Positions 1-9,263 are shown, counted from the stretch's first letter. The stretch: DNA of 64,000 nucleotides from an uncultured Opitutia bacterium (GCA_913049555.1 CAJWYM010000004.1:15509-79508); one strand, 5' to 3'. The notes: a model not told the origin generated them from the sequence alone. A program made the numbers and translations.

Positions 1-1
1 G

Positions 2-2800
2 GCAATTCAATTGGAAATGGAACAGGGCCCTCTCGGATTTCTAGATGGGATCCTTCGCAAAGCAGTAGAGCATAAAGAAATCGATATTGGATTAAAAAGT
101 ATTTACCGTATTATTCATGACCTCGAGCATATGGTGGAAGACATTCAGCATCCTTCTAAACAAAGAACCCTCAACTTGATAGAGCAACTGGAAGAACTTT
201 ATATAAAATCTCTGCATGGCAATCCTAATTGGAAAGAAGCCAAAACTCTTATTCAGGCGATTACAAGCTCAGGGATTGAGGGGCTCACGGGTTGGGGAAA
301 AGCTCCAGGAACAGTTATGGTGCATAAAGATAAAATGATCATTCCCGGGATTCACTATGGGAATATTTTTATAGCACCTCAACCTCCAAGAGGCTGGGAG
401 GTCAAGGAGGAGATTTTGCATGCCAATATGGCAATCCCACCCCACCATCAATACCTAGGTTTCTATCACTATATTAAGGATATATTTAAAGCCGATGCCA
501 TCATACATTTAGGAAGACATTCTACTTATGAATTTTTACCGCGACATCGAGCTGGGCTAACAGAAAAAGACTACCCAACGATCATTGCTGGGAATACTCC
601 TGGAATTTATCCTTATATCGTCGATGGAATCGGAGAAGGAATTCAAGCAAAAAGAAGAGGACTCGCAGTCATGATTAGTCATCTCACTCCCCCACTGCGG
701 AGCACACCTCTTTATGAAGATTTACTCGAGTTGCGTCAACTCGTGGAAAACTTTGAAGCCTCCAATCCAGAAGGGGAAACAGTCGCGCAAAGAAGAAGAT
801 TTGATGAAATAAAAAGACTCGTGATCCAGCTCAACCTTCAAGAAGAAATCGTAGCTGAGCTGATTAAAGAACATCACCTAGATTCAAAGACTCAGTTTGA
901 AGATTTAGACGATGATATGCTGATTCATGAGATCGGTCATTATCTTACGGACGTTCAAGAAAGATTTATGCCACTCGGATTGCATGTTTTTGGCAAAAAT
1001 TGGCAAGAAGACGCACTTGCATTGATGATAGAATCTATGGAGTCTGCACCAGGTTCAGATGCAGACAAAAATCTTAGAGCATCCCCAAAGGCAGAACTAG
1101 ACGCTTTCATAAATGGACTTCAAGGAGGGTTTATCCAACCTGGAAAAGGAAATGACCCGATAAGAACGGTAGAGTCCTTACCCACAGGAAGAAACTTTTA
1201 TGCATTGGACAGTAGTTTGTTACCCACAAAAATAGCCTGGGGAATAGGAGAAGATCTTGCAAAAAAAGCCAAATTACAAAAAAACGATCCGCAAGAAAGT
1301 GCAGCCATTGTGCTGTGGGCATCGGATGCAGTGAGAGATCATGGAGCTATGATTGCATTCGGTTTAGATTTACTTGGAGTGAAACCGAAGTGGAATCGAA
1401 GAGGGATTGTAAATGGCCTAGAAAGAATTCCACTGGATGAGGAGAGAACTTACAGAAAAGATGTCGTCTTCTCTATCTCCGGTTTATTCAGAGATTTGTA
1501 CGGACAACAAGTAAATCTTTTGGATCAAGCTGTACTTATGGCTCTTGATGCCTCCTCCTTAAAGATACAGAGCCAATATCCACATTTAAGTCATTGCCTA
1601 GATGAAGCCTTGAAGCAACTTAAAGACAAGAGAGACCCAGGCAATGAACCTTTGGACCAAAACTATATTGCCGCTCATTGGGTGCAGGAAATAGAAGCTC
1701 TAAAGAATCCAACCACCGAAAGAATAAAAAAATCGACCCTCCGGATTTTTGGAACACCTCCAGGAAGTTATGGCGCAGGAATCAATCGTCTTGTCGAACG
1801 ATCTGGTTCTTGGCAAAGTCGGGAAGATGTTTTCAATGTTTATTTAAGAGGCATGGGTCACGCATACGGCATTGAAAAAGAGGGCGATCCTGCCTACAAA
1901 AGTTTCGAAAGACGCTTGCATCAAATCGGTGAAACTTATCTCGGTAGATCCAGTCATCTATATGGATTGTTGGATAACAATGATGCTTTTGACTTTCAGG
2001 GAGGACTTAGTTTAGCGATTGAACAAATCCGAGGAAAAGTTCCAGAAAACTATGTAATTCGTCATGCGGATCCAAAGAATCTAAAGATTGATTCTCTACA
2101 AAGCTCCATCCTTCAAGAACTTAGAGGTCGCTTTTTAAACCCTGCTTGGCTTCAACCTTTGATGGGACATGATTATGCGGGTGCAAGAACCATGGGAAGT
2201 GAATTTCTGGAATACTTATGGGGTTGGCAGGTAACGAACCCTGAAATTATAAAAAGCTGGGTTTGGGATGAGGTGAACGCGGTCTACTTTGAAGATAAAC
2301 ATCAGATTCAATTAGATCAATTTTTAGAAACGGGCAACAATGTGCATGTAAAAATAAATATGGAAGCCATATTCCTAGTCGCAGCTCACAAAGAATTTTG
2401 GGATACTGATGAGGAAACACTTCATAATTTGGCTAATAAATTTGCAAGTAAAGTGATTGAGCACGGTCTTCCGGGGAGTGGTCACACAAGGCCAGATCAT
2501 CCAATGTTTGAATGGATCCTGCCTAAACTCGATCCAAAATTAAAACAAAACTTGATAGAAGTTTTGAAAAAAGCTCAGGCACCAATAGAAAAGCCTATCG
2601 ACCAAACCCTGACAACCGTGAGTGAAATTAAAATCAAAGAATCAAACAAACAGCCAGATAAAGAGTCAGAGGCAGTCAGTGATCAAGAAATCGAAACCCA
2701 GCCAGCAAAACTCTTTTTCAATCAACACCCCTTATGGATACTTGGAATTGCAACGATCCTAATTGGGATTGGTTATTACACCGGTCGATACAAAAAATAA
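2..2800 (+). CDS. cobN: CobN/Mg-chelatase-family large subunit, 5'-truncated by the window edge, with a C-terminal membrane anchor (HmuS-like layout)
   Basis: The frame is open back to base 2 with no upstream stop. Family-typical stretches are PPHHQYLGFYHYIKDIF, DGIGEGIQAKRRG, LPTGRNFYALD and PPGSYGAGI. The last ~25 aa are hydrophobic plus basic (LWILGIATILIGIGYYTGRYKK). Confidence 0.85.
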   Translation, partial: AIQLEMEQGPLGFLDGILRKAVEHKEIDIGLKSIYRIIHDLEHMVEDIQHPSKQRTLNLIEQLEELYIKSLHGNPNWKEAKTLIQAITSSGIEGLTGWGKAPGTVMVHKDKMIIPGIHYGNIFIAPQPPRGWEVKEEILHANMAIPPHHQYLGFYHYIKDIFKADAIIHLGRHSTYEFLPRHRAGLTEKDYPTIIAGNTPGIYPYIVDGIGEGIQAKRRGLAVMISHLTPPLRSTPLYEDLLELRQLVENFEASNPEGETVAQRRRFDEIKRLVIQLNLQEEIVAELIKEHHLDSKTQFEDLDDDMLIHEIGHYLTDVQERFMPLGLHVFGKNWQEDALALMIESMESAPGSDADKNLRASPKAELDAFINGLQGGFIQPGKGNDPIRTVESLPTGRNFYALDSSLLPTKIAWGIGEDLAKKAKLQKNDPQESAAIVLWASDAVRDHGAMIAFGLDLLGVKPKWNRRGIVNGLERIPLDEERTYRKDVVFSISGLFRDLYGQQVNLLDQAVLMALDASSLKIQSQYPHLSHCLDEALKQLKDKRDPGNEPLDQNYIAAHWVQEIEALKNPTTERIKKSTLRIFGTPPGSYGAGINRLVERSGSWQSREDVFNVYLRGMGHAYGIEKEGDPAYKSFERRLHQIGETYLGRSSHLYGLLDNNDAFDFQGGLSLAIEQIRGKVPENYVIRHADPKNLKIDSLQSSILQELRGRFLNPAWLQPLMGHDYAGARTMGSEFLEYLWGWQVTNPEIIKSWVWDEVNAVYFEDKHQIQLDQFLETGNNVHVKINMEAIFLVAAHKEFWDTDEETLHNLANKFASKVIEHGLPGSGHTRPDHPMFEWILPKLDPKLKQNLIEVLKKAQAPIEKPIDQTLTTVSEIKIKESNKQPDKESEAVSDQEIETQPAKLFFNQHPLWILGIATILIGIGYYTGRYKK

Positions 2801-2801
2801 A

Positions 2802-3230
2802 ATGCTGACAGAACTTTTACACCAAGCAGTTTCTTTACTTTTAAATCCAGTCATTTTACTTCTTCTGATGATGGCAGTCATTGCGATTCTTGAAATCGGA
2901 ATTGCCCTGGGTGAGCGATTGGGAGGAATGCAAGAAATGGCAAAAAGCAAGTCCTTTCAATCTGTAGAAAAAATCGCTAAAAAAAGAATTGAACGAGCAG
3001 ACCTGATCACTCGGATTGCACCTATTTTAGGCTTGATGGGAACGCTCATTCCTCTAGGACCCGGCCTCGCTGAATTGAGTGTAGGAAGTTTTGCAGGACT
3101 AGCAGCCTCTATTAGCATAGCATTTGATACCACAGTTTTAGGATTATTCTCTGGAATGATCTGCTTTATCATCGGTCGTAAAAGAAGGCGATGGTACGAC
3201 CAACTATTAGTCCAAATTGAAGGAAAATAA
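2802..3230 (+). CDS. Small MotA/TolQ/ExbB-family proton-channel-like membrane protein
   Basis: ATG at 2802 lies 1 nt after the cobN stop; the ORF-track start at 2763 is a TTG extension inside cobN. There are three hydrophobic helices. Signature-like segments are APILGLMGTLIPLGPGL and AFDTTVLGLFSGMICFIIG. Confidence 0.7.
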   Translation: MLTELLHQAVSLLLNPVILLLLMMAVIAILEIGIALGERLGGMQEMAKSKSFQSVEKIAKKRIERADLITRIAPILGLMGTLIPLGPGLAELSVGSFAGLAASISIAFDTTVLGLFSGMICFIIGRKRRRWYDQLLVQIEGK

Positions 3231-3238
3231 TAATAATA

Positions 3239-3538
3239 ATGAAATCACGAAATTGGAAATCAGACCGATTTATAGAGGAATCTGAAGATCCGCTTGAATC
3301 TATGGCCAATCTGGTAGATATCATGCTTGTATTCATCTGTGGGTTAGTAGCCGCTTTAGCAGCCTCTAGCGAAAACTTCATACAGCAATACAATACAAAA
3401 GAAATTCTCCAAGAGGAAAAAGAACTTCCTCAAATACCAGAGGGGATTGGCAATCAGGGTGGAAATGGATATCAAAAAGTGGGGCAAGTCTATAAAGACC
3501 CAGAAACTGGAAAACTAATCTTAGTGGGCTCTGAGTAA
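3239..3538 (+). CDS. DUF2149-like single-pass membrane protein (ExbD/TolR-like anchor)
   Basis: 99 aa with an acidic N-terminus, one TM (LVDIMLVFICGLVAALAA) and a soluble tail. It follows the MotA-like gene after a TAA-TAA-TAA-TAA run. The family assignment is from memory of DUF2149 neighbourhoods. Confidence 0.55.
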   Translation: MKSRNWKSDRFIEESEDPLESMANLVDIMLVFICGLVAALAASSENFIQQYNTKEILQEEKELPQIPEGIGNQGGNGYQKVGQVYKDPETGKLILVGSE

Positions 3539-3583
3539 AAAAGCAATTTTTGCTCCTGAGAAAAAGAAAAATAAGTAGAAAGT

Positions 3584-4177
3584 ATGTTAGAAAGTAGAAA
3601 AAAGAAAGTCGTTGAAAAAAGAATCGCCTCTTGTGAAGGAAATGAAAAAGGGCTTCATATGGTGCACACCGGAAATGGGAAGGGAAAGACAAGTGCTGCC
3701 ATGAATATGGTCTATCGCCATCTAGCTCATAATATGCCAGCGGTGGTTGTTCAATTTGTAAAGTGCGAGGATGAATATCCAGATGGAGATCGTCGACTCC
3801 TGATGAAACTTTCTGAGCAAGGATTCCCAGTCACTATTTTAACGATGGGAACTGGTTTTTCATGGAACTCAACAGACAAAAATAAAGACATTGAGGCTGC
3901 TGAAAATGCCTTTAAAAAAGCTGTAGAATATTTAAATGATGAGACCACTAGCCTTGTCCTCTTGGACGAAGTTCATATCGCAATCTCACTCGCTTATCTC
4001 GATGAAGGTAGAGTTCTCGAAGCTATTAAAAACAAACCCGACTTCAAGCACGTGGTGACGACAGGTCGTAGAGCCCCTGAGAGCTTTATTGAAAATGCAG
4101 ATCTGGTTACTGAAATGAAACAAATCAAGCATCCAATGTCCAAAAAGATTCCAGCCCAAATAGGCATCGAATATTAA
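3584..4177 (+). CDS. cobO: Cob(I)yrinic acid a,c-diamide / cob(I)alamin adenosyltransferase (CobO/BtuR type)
   Basis: HTGNGKGKTSAA P-loop followed by VVQFVK. Size (197 aa) and the basic N-terminal extension match BtuR/CobO. Confidence 0.9.
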   Translation: MLESRKKKVVEKRIASCEGNEKGLHMVHTGNGKGKTSAAMNMVYRHLAHNMPAVVVQFVKCEDEYPDGDRRLLMKLSEQGFPVTILTMGTGFSWNSTDKNKDIEAAENAFKKAVEYLNDETTSLVLLDEVHIAISLAYLDEGRVLEAIKNKPDFKHVVTTGRRAPESFIENADLVTEMKQIKHPMSKKIPAQIGIEY

Positions 4178-4308
4178 AAACCCAAAGATGGACTCGATCG
4201 TGCTTTTTTAAAGCAGTAAAATTGCTTCAAAAAAGATCCGCAGAGTTCCAATCAAATAAAATATTGTCTTCTATATCACAATCCTAATCCTCTTCCGAAA
4301 TATTGCCC

Positions 4309-4920
4309 ATGATAGAAAATTTAGAATCTGTTTTTTTAGACCTTGGTAGAGTTCTGTTTCATTTAAACTACCGCGAAACCTTCGAAAAAATCTTTTCCAA
4401 GAGTCGACTCGACCAAGATAAACTCAAAAGAGTACTGACTTACAATGGCTTGAATATTGAGTTTGAAACTGGAAAGATTACAGAGGAAGCGTTCTTTCTC
4501 AAAATGATTCATCAAGCAGAGTTTACAGGCTCGGACAAGGAGTTCATCCAGCCTTGGATTCAGATCCTTTCACCCATTAAAAAAAACCTTGAATTTGCTC
4601 AAGAGTTGGCCCAAAAATACAAGATTGGAATCATCTCTAACACCAATGAGGCCCACCTACGATTTATGGAGAAAACAGGAGGACTCGCTGCTTTTAGTGA
4701 ACATAGAATTTATTCTTGTCGTGTTGGCTATATGAAACCGAGGAAAGAAATTTACAAAGCAGCCCTATCCCAAAGCAATGCAATTCCTCAAAGATCGATT
4801 TTTTTAGACGATAGAGAGGAGAATGTTGAAACGGCTCAGTCTCTAGGATTTCATGCCTATCTATTTCCCAAAGGAGAAGACTTACGAAAATTTTGGAACG
4901 AAAAGATCTTACATGTCTAA
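4309..4920 (+). CDS. HAD-IA family phosphatase (YihX-like motifs)
   Basis: Motif I is FLDLGRVLF, motif II is IISNTN, and motifs III/IV are KPRKEIY and FLDDREENV. ATG at 4309; the track start at 4303 is TTG. Its stop overlaps the cobU start by 8 nt (ATGTCTAA). Confidence 0.8.
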   Translation: MIENLESVFLDLGRVLFHLNYRETFEKIFSKSRLDQDKLKRVLTYNGLNIEFETGKITEEAFFLKMIHQAEFTGSDKEFIQPWIQILSPIKKNLEFAQELAQKYKIGIISNTNEAHLRFMEKTGGLAAFSEHRIYSCRVGYMKPRKEIYKAALSQSNAIPQRSIFLDDREENVETAQSLGFHAYLFPKGEDLRKFWNEKILHV

Positions 4921-5443
4921 TAAGATTCATCTTGTTCTTGGAGGGAGTCGAAGTGGCAAAAGCAGCTACGCTGAGAAATTAGCGGAAGAACAGGAGCGCC
5001 CCGTTGTCTATGTAGCCACATGTCGAACTGAAGGACTGGATGAAGAAATGCAAACAAGGGTGCAAGCGCACCAAATTGGAAGACCCCAAGATTGGATCAC
5101 ACTGGAAAATCAATTTCACTTTCCTGACATTGTCCAAAGATACAAAGACTCTTGTATACTGATAGATTGTTTGACCTTGTGGATAGGCAATGCCATGGAA
5201 ACCTTGCAAGATGAAGCGGAGATCAACAAACAATTGGAAGATGCATGCAAATCAATCCAATCCCTCGACGTTCACGTCTTGATTGTGAGCAATGAGCTGG
5301 GAATGGGATTGATTCCTGAGAGTCGCATAGGTCGTCAATTCAAAGACTTATGTGGTCGAGCCAATCAAATGATTGCTGCTCACGCAGATAAAGTGACTTT
5401 TATGATCGCTGGCATTCCATGGCAGATAAAACCTGAGAGATGA
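4913..5443 (+). CDS. cobU: Adenosylcobinamide kinase / adenosylcobinamide-phosphate guanylyltransferase
   Basis: LVLGGSRSGKSSYAE P-loop near the N-terminus and VSNELGMGLIPE. About 176 aa from the ATG at 4913. Confidence 0.9.
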   Translation: MSNKIHLVLGGSRSGKSSYAEKLAEEQERPVVYVATCRTEGLDEEMQTRVQAHQIGRPQDWITLENQFHFPDIVQRYKDSCILIDCLTLWIGNAMETLQDEAEINKQLEDACKSIQSLDVHVLIVSNELGMGLIPESRIGRQFKDLCGRANQMIAAHADKVTFMIAGIPWQIKPER

Positions 5444-6537
5444 ATAATCCTCCGCGTGTCAATCAAACCCACCATGGAGGAAAGGTATACGAAGCTGCCA
5501 AAAAACTAAAATGCCTGCCCTCTGAAATCTTAGATTTCAGTGCAAATCTCAATCATTATACACCGGAAATTAAAGAAAAGGATTGGCTAAAATTCAAAGA
5601 TTCTATTTTTCAATATCCCCCTGAAGAAAACGAACTCAAAGAACTTTTAGCTCATTTGTATCAAACGGATCCAAATTTTATAATTCCTACTGTTGGTGCA
5701 ATCCAAGCTCTACACTTGGCCTGTTCTTTCTTTAAAGGCAAGAGAATGCTCTGGCTGGAACCTGGCTTCTCTGAATACTCAAGAATCGCAAGCATTGAAG
5801 GCCTAGAGCCAGTACCTATTTCGGTAGAGTTGTCTTTATCCGCAGAGGAAAAATTTCAAAAACTCGTAAAACATTCCAAAGAGGGAGACGTGATCCTGCT
5901 TTGCATCCCACAAAACCCAAGTGGCGAGCAACTTCAATGGAGTGCTTTGATACCAGTCGTTGAAGAATTTTCCGATCGAAATATTTCTTGGATATTGGAT
6001 GAATCTTTTATTGAAATGACCCAATCCAACTATCAAGGCTCCCTTGAATTTCTAGATCAATTTCCAAACCTATTCTCCTGTAGATCTTTGACCAAAAACT
6101 GGAAAATTCCAGGTTTGAGATTTGGTTTCCTATCGACTTCTAATGCAGAAATGCTTGAAAGATCCGAAAAGAACAGGAAACAATGGTCCATCTCGGGGGT
6201 AACTAATAGCTGGGCTCAAACCTTCCTAAATAAAAATCTACTCCAAAAAAACCAAACAGCGATCGCTCGTTTATTGCTGGAAACACAAAGCTTAATAAAA
6301 ACTCTCGAGCAGAACTTTTACTGGAAAATATACCCCACAGATACAAGTTTCTTTCTTTGTGAATTACCGAACCCTCTGGATGCCTTGGATTTATCACAGC
6401 AATTGTTACAAAAAAAGATACTCCTCAGAACTTACCCAGGGGATCCATCTCTGAAAGATAGGTCTCATCTTAGAATAGGCTCCAGAACAAAAGAACAAAA
6501 TCTCCTCCTAATTGAAGCTTTGAGAGAAACAATCTAG
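5440..6537 (+). CDS. cobD: Threonine-phosphate decarboxylase-like class I/II aminotransferase (CobD; CobC in some nomenclatures)
   Basis: ATGA overlap with cobU. PLP-fold motifs are PQNPSGEQ and RSLTKNWKIPGLRFGF. It sits in a B12 nucleotide-loop context. Confidence 0.8.
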   Translation: MNNPPRVNQTHHGGKVYEAAKKLKCLPSEILDFSANLNHYTPEIKEKDWLKFKDSIFQYPPEENELKELLAHLYQTDPNFIIPTVGAIQALHLACSFFKGKRMLWLEPGFSEYSRIASIEGLEPVPISVELSLSAEEKFQKLVKHSKEGDVILLCIPQNPSGEQLQWSALIPVVEEFSDRNISWILDESFIEMTQSNYQGSLEFLDQFPNLFSCRSLTKNWKIPGLRFGFLSTSNAEMLERSEKNRKQWSISGVTNSWAQTFLNKNLLQKNQTAIARLLLETQSLIKTLEQNFYWKIYPTDTSFFLCELPNPLDALDLSQQLLQKKILLRTYPGDPSLKDRSHLRIGSRTKEQNLLLIEALRETI

Positions 6538-6696
6538 GAAACTCTTTAGACCTGTATTCTTGATAGAACTTTGATTTTAATGGCTGCAATGAGTTCAAAA
6601 ATTTTCACGGATCCAAAAGCCTTCATTTATGAATTGAAACACTCATTATGCTCGGATGTCTTTTGCTTGAATCTCACTTTCTAGCATCCATTGATT

Positions 6697-7461
6697 TTAA
6701 AGAGCCAGAGAACAAAGAATCAGAACAAAGCACTCGACAGTTAAAATACTTGCACCTAAGCAATCCCCAGTAATTCCATTAAAATTTCTTTTAAAGTAGA
6801 GATAAAAGACTCCCACCACAAATGCAGACGATACAGAAAGCAATAAGGCATGCCAAAAACTCAATAACAAAGAGGCCAAGAGAGTTAACAAAACCCAATG
6901 AAGAGAACACCTGAATGTAGTAGGAGCTTCTAATGAATTGCCGATCCCTGTTCCTTTTTCACCAGACCTTTCCAAGAAAGCCAAAGCTCTCATCAAGGGC
7001 AAAGCCGCAGTTCTGCTAAAAGCGACGGATAAAAAGAGGGATACGAAAAGAAGCTTTGGATAAACGGCCAAAGCGCTTATAGAGCCAAAGCGAATCAAAG
7101 AACTCAGAACAATTGCCAAAACGCCATAGGTTCCCAAGCGAGAATCCCTCATAATTTCCAGCTTTTTCTCTAATTCAAATCGACCTGCACTGTCTGCCAA
7201 ATCAGCTAGACCATCTTCATGGATGCACCCTGTGAGCAGAACCTGAAATCCAAGAACTAGGGCAGCAAGGAGTAGCGGTGGAATCCAAAAAGAGAGAACC
7301 AGCCCGAAAGAACCTGCTAGAAGTCCAAGGAAAAGGCCGACTGGAGTAAACCATCGCGGAATTTTACTCCAGCAATCTGGGTACTTTTCACATAAATCAT
7401 AAGGAATTGGAATCCTTGATAAAAAACTCAGAGAAGCTAAAAATGTTGCAATAAGCTTCAC
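6697..7461 (-). CDS. cobS: Adenosylcobinamide-GDP ribazoletransferase (cobalamin 5'-phosphate synthase)
   Basis: Polytopic membrane protein with an HEDGLADLADS motif. GTG start forms a GTGA overlap with the cobT stop. Confidence 0.9.
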   Translation of the reverse strand: MKLIATFLASLSFLSRIPIPYDLCEKYPDCWSKIPRWFTPVGLFLGLLAGSFGLVLSFWIPPLLLAALVLGFQVLLTGCIHEDGLADLADSAGRFELEKKLEIMRDSRLGTYGVLAIVLSSLIRFGSISALAVYPKLLFVSLFLSVAFSRTAALPLMRALAFLERSGEKGTGIGNSLEAPTTFRCSLHWVLLTLLASLLLSFWHALLLSVSSAFVVGVFYLYFKRNFNGITGDCLGASILTVECFVLILCSLAL

Positions 7462-8486
7462 TGACTGACGCCTGCACTTTCAAAAGTTGCCATATTTTGG
7501 TAACAACTCAAGGCCCCTTGAATCACCCCCATAGCCATTGCAGCTCCGGAGCCCTCTCCTAGATGCATTTTAAAATCCAATAGAGGTTTTAGGCTATAGT
7601 ACTTCAAGAGTTTTAGATGAGCCGGCTCTTTCGAACAGTGCCCAGATTTGCAAAAGGCCAAACTACTTGGTTGGATTTCGAAAGCAATCGAGGCAGCAAC
7701 CGTCGCAATCAGACCATCCAAAACAATAGGGATTGAAGAAGCACTGGCTCTTAAAACAGCAGCACACATCGAGACAATTTCTCTCCCTCCGAGTCTGCGA
7801 ATTCGTTCCCAAGGGTCGTTTAAGTATTTGTGGTGAAGCTCTAAAGCTTGTTTGATTCTTTTTGCTTTGTGTTGCATCTGATTTGCGTTGATACCCGTTC
7901 CTCGTCCCACTAAAGACTCTGGATCTTCTTGAAGCAAAGCAGCACACAAAGCAGTCGCACTGGTCGTATTGCCAATTCCCATTTCCCCAATTGCATACAA
8001 ACTCGAATTTGATGGCACCGCCTCCCATCCTCTTTTAAAAGCACGGACAAATTCTTCATGATTCATTGCAGCTGCCTCAGCAAAGTTTTGAGTGGGACTT
8101 TCGATTCCACAATCAACTGCTTGAAAGTGAATTCCATAAGTAGAACAAATGGCGTTGATTGCAGCGCCCCCAGCTATGAAATTGGCAAACATTTGGGCGT
8201 TCACTTCAGAAGGATAGGCACTCACACCATCCTTAGCAATGCCATGACTACCCGCAAAAACCGTAAGATGGAAAAGCTTTTTATCCAATGAATCGGAACC
8301 CTTACAACGAGCCATCCAACTTACTAAATCTTCCAATTCGCCCAAACTACCAATCGGCTTTGTTTTTTGATCCCATTTGGCTGAGACTGCATCATCAATT
8401 GATCTTTCCTTCATGGAGATCGATTCAATCTCTTGGATCATCGAGGCAGGCAATAACAACTTTATACTTTCGGGTGCTTCAACCAT
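7458..8486 (-). CDS. cobT: Nicotinate-nucleotide--dimethylbenzimidazole phosphoribosyltransferase
   Basis: GEMGIGNTTSATAL, VFAGSHGIA and HLGEGSGAAMAMG are typical of CobT. Confidence 0.92.
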   Translation of the reverse strand: MVEAPESIKLLLPASMIQEIESISMKERSIDDAVSAKWDQKTKPIGSLGELEDLVSWMARCKGSDSLDKKLFHLTVFAGSHGIAKDGVSAYPSEVNAQMFANFIAGGAAINAICSTYGIHFQAVDCGIESPTQNFAEAAAMNHEEFVRAFKRGWEAVPSNSSLYAIGEMGIGNTTSATALCAALLQEDPESLVGRGTGINANQMQHKAKRIKQALELHHKYLNDPWERIRRLGGREIVSMCAAVLRASASSIPIVLDGLIATVAASIAFEIQPSSLAFCKSGHCSKEPAHLKLLKYYSLKPLLDFKMHLGEGSGAAMAMGVIQGALSCYQNMATFESAGVSQ

Positions 8487-8750
8487 CCAGTTAAGTTAAA
8501 AAATTAATCCTAAATCTGCGAGAAAAATGGATTTTAATAACAAGCATCCTTGACCAAAGCCTGCGAAAAGGAACTCGCTCATTTTTTAGTCCAATAGAAA
8601 AGCTGTAGGAAACTAAATTCCCTCTTAAACTCTGTCTTTACGAGTTCACAAAAGGCAGTCACTTACTACGAAGATTTGTTAAAGCCAAGAATGCAATCAG
8701 CGATTTGAGGAAGCATCATTTGATTGGGGTGAAATCCCAAATTCCTCTCC

Positions 8751-8804
8751 TACCAGAACAATTTGGTTTAAAATCTTATAAATCCAATTGAGTTGGTTCT
8801 GGTA
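8751..8804. other. Imperfect extended hairpin in the cobT upstream / orphan-ORF downstream spacer
   Basis: Outer stem TACCAGAAC (8751-8759) pairs with GTTCTGGTA (8796-8804). Inner stem AATT(T)GG pairs with CCAATT, with a 6-nt bulge on the 3' arm. Confidence 0.4.
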
Positions 8805-8894
8805 AAATGAATGCTCAGGTGAAAAGAATTGCAAAACATCCAAATAACAGAAGCTCAAAAAAAACGTTCAGGTATGGGCTCACTAAAACGAAAG

Positions 8895-9263
8895 TCAAAG
8901 CAACTGATCTTTTTTTATCTGAAAAGGAATGCCTAGACACAACTTTCCAAGTATAAAACCAATCGGTTTAGCAATATTTTTGAAGAATTGATAGGTCTTG
9001 CTATAAACATGGGGAGCGGCTGTATCAATTTTGCCGACTCGAGTGTAGTGGGTGTATTCCTTCCCAACACAAACTTTTATATTTTTATAGGAGAACAAAG
9101 GCTGATAAAAATGCTTGGTAAAACCATATTTAAAACCATTGATCATGTCACTGGGAGCACCAGTAACCACATCGTGGGGAGTTTCACGAGGGGATTCTTC
9201 TTTTTCCTTCTCATGGGCTACCTGCCTTGAGATTCGAATTTGAGTGAGGGGTCTTTTTTCCAT
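8895..9263 (-). CDS. Hypothetical protein, no motif recognised
   Basis: 122-aa ATG ORF flanked by 408 and 438 bp of non-coding AT-rich sequence. Its composition looks protein-like, whereas the antisense ORF 8988..9230 does not. Confidence 0.4.
   Translation of the reverse strand: MEKRPLTQIRISRQVAHEKEKEESPRETPHDVVTGAPSDMINGFKYGFTKHFYQPLFSYKNIKVCVGKEYTHYTRVGKIDTAAPHVYSKTYQFFKNIAKPIGFILGKLCLGIPFQIKKDQLL

Noticed and set aside
3228-3241. The run TAA TAA TAA TAA between the MotA-like and DUF2149-like genes, considered as a possible microsatellite or recoding site.
   Set aside because: It has only four units and simply provides repeated in-frame stops followed by ATG at 3239. There is no evidence of readthrough or a frameshift signal.
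6538-6696. A possible bidirectional terminator or small RNA in the convergent cobD/cobS spacer (inverted repeat AATGAGT...ACTCATT).
   Set aside because: The stem is only 7 bp (plus 4 bp with a bulge), the loop is about 40 nt, and no U-tract follows. This is not convincing as a terminator or structured RNA.
8487-8894. A possible cobalamin riboswitch upstream of cobT. GGGGTGAAATCCC at 8726-8738 resembles the GGTG.AA.TCC core element.
   Set aside because: The motif is on the plus strand, which is antisense to cobT, and no plus-strand gene lies downstream. On the cobT-sense strand I could not find the AGGGAA...GGTG..AA.CC...CCCGC.ACTGT core or a B12 box. This needs a covariance-model scan to settle, so it is not called as a feature.
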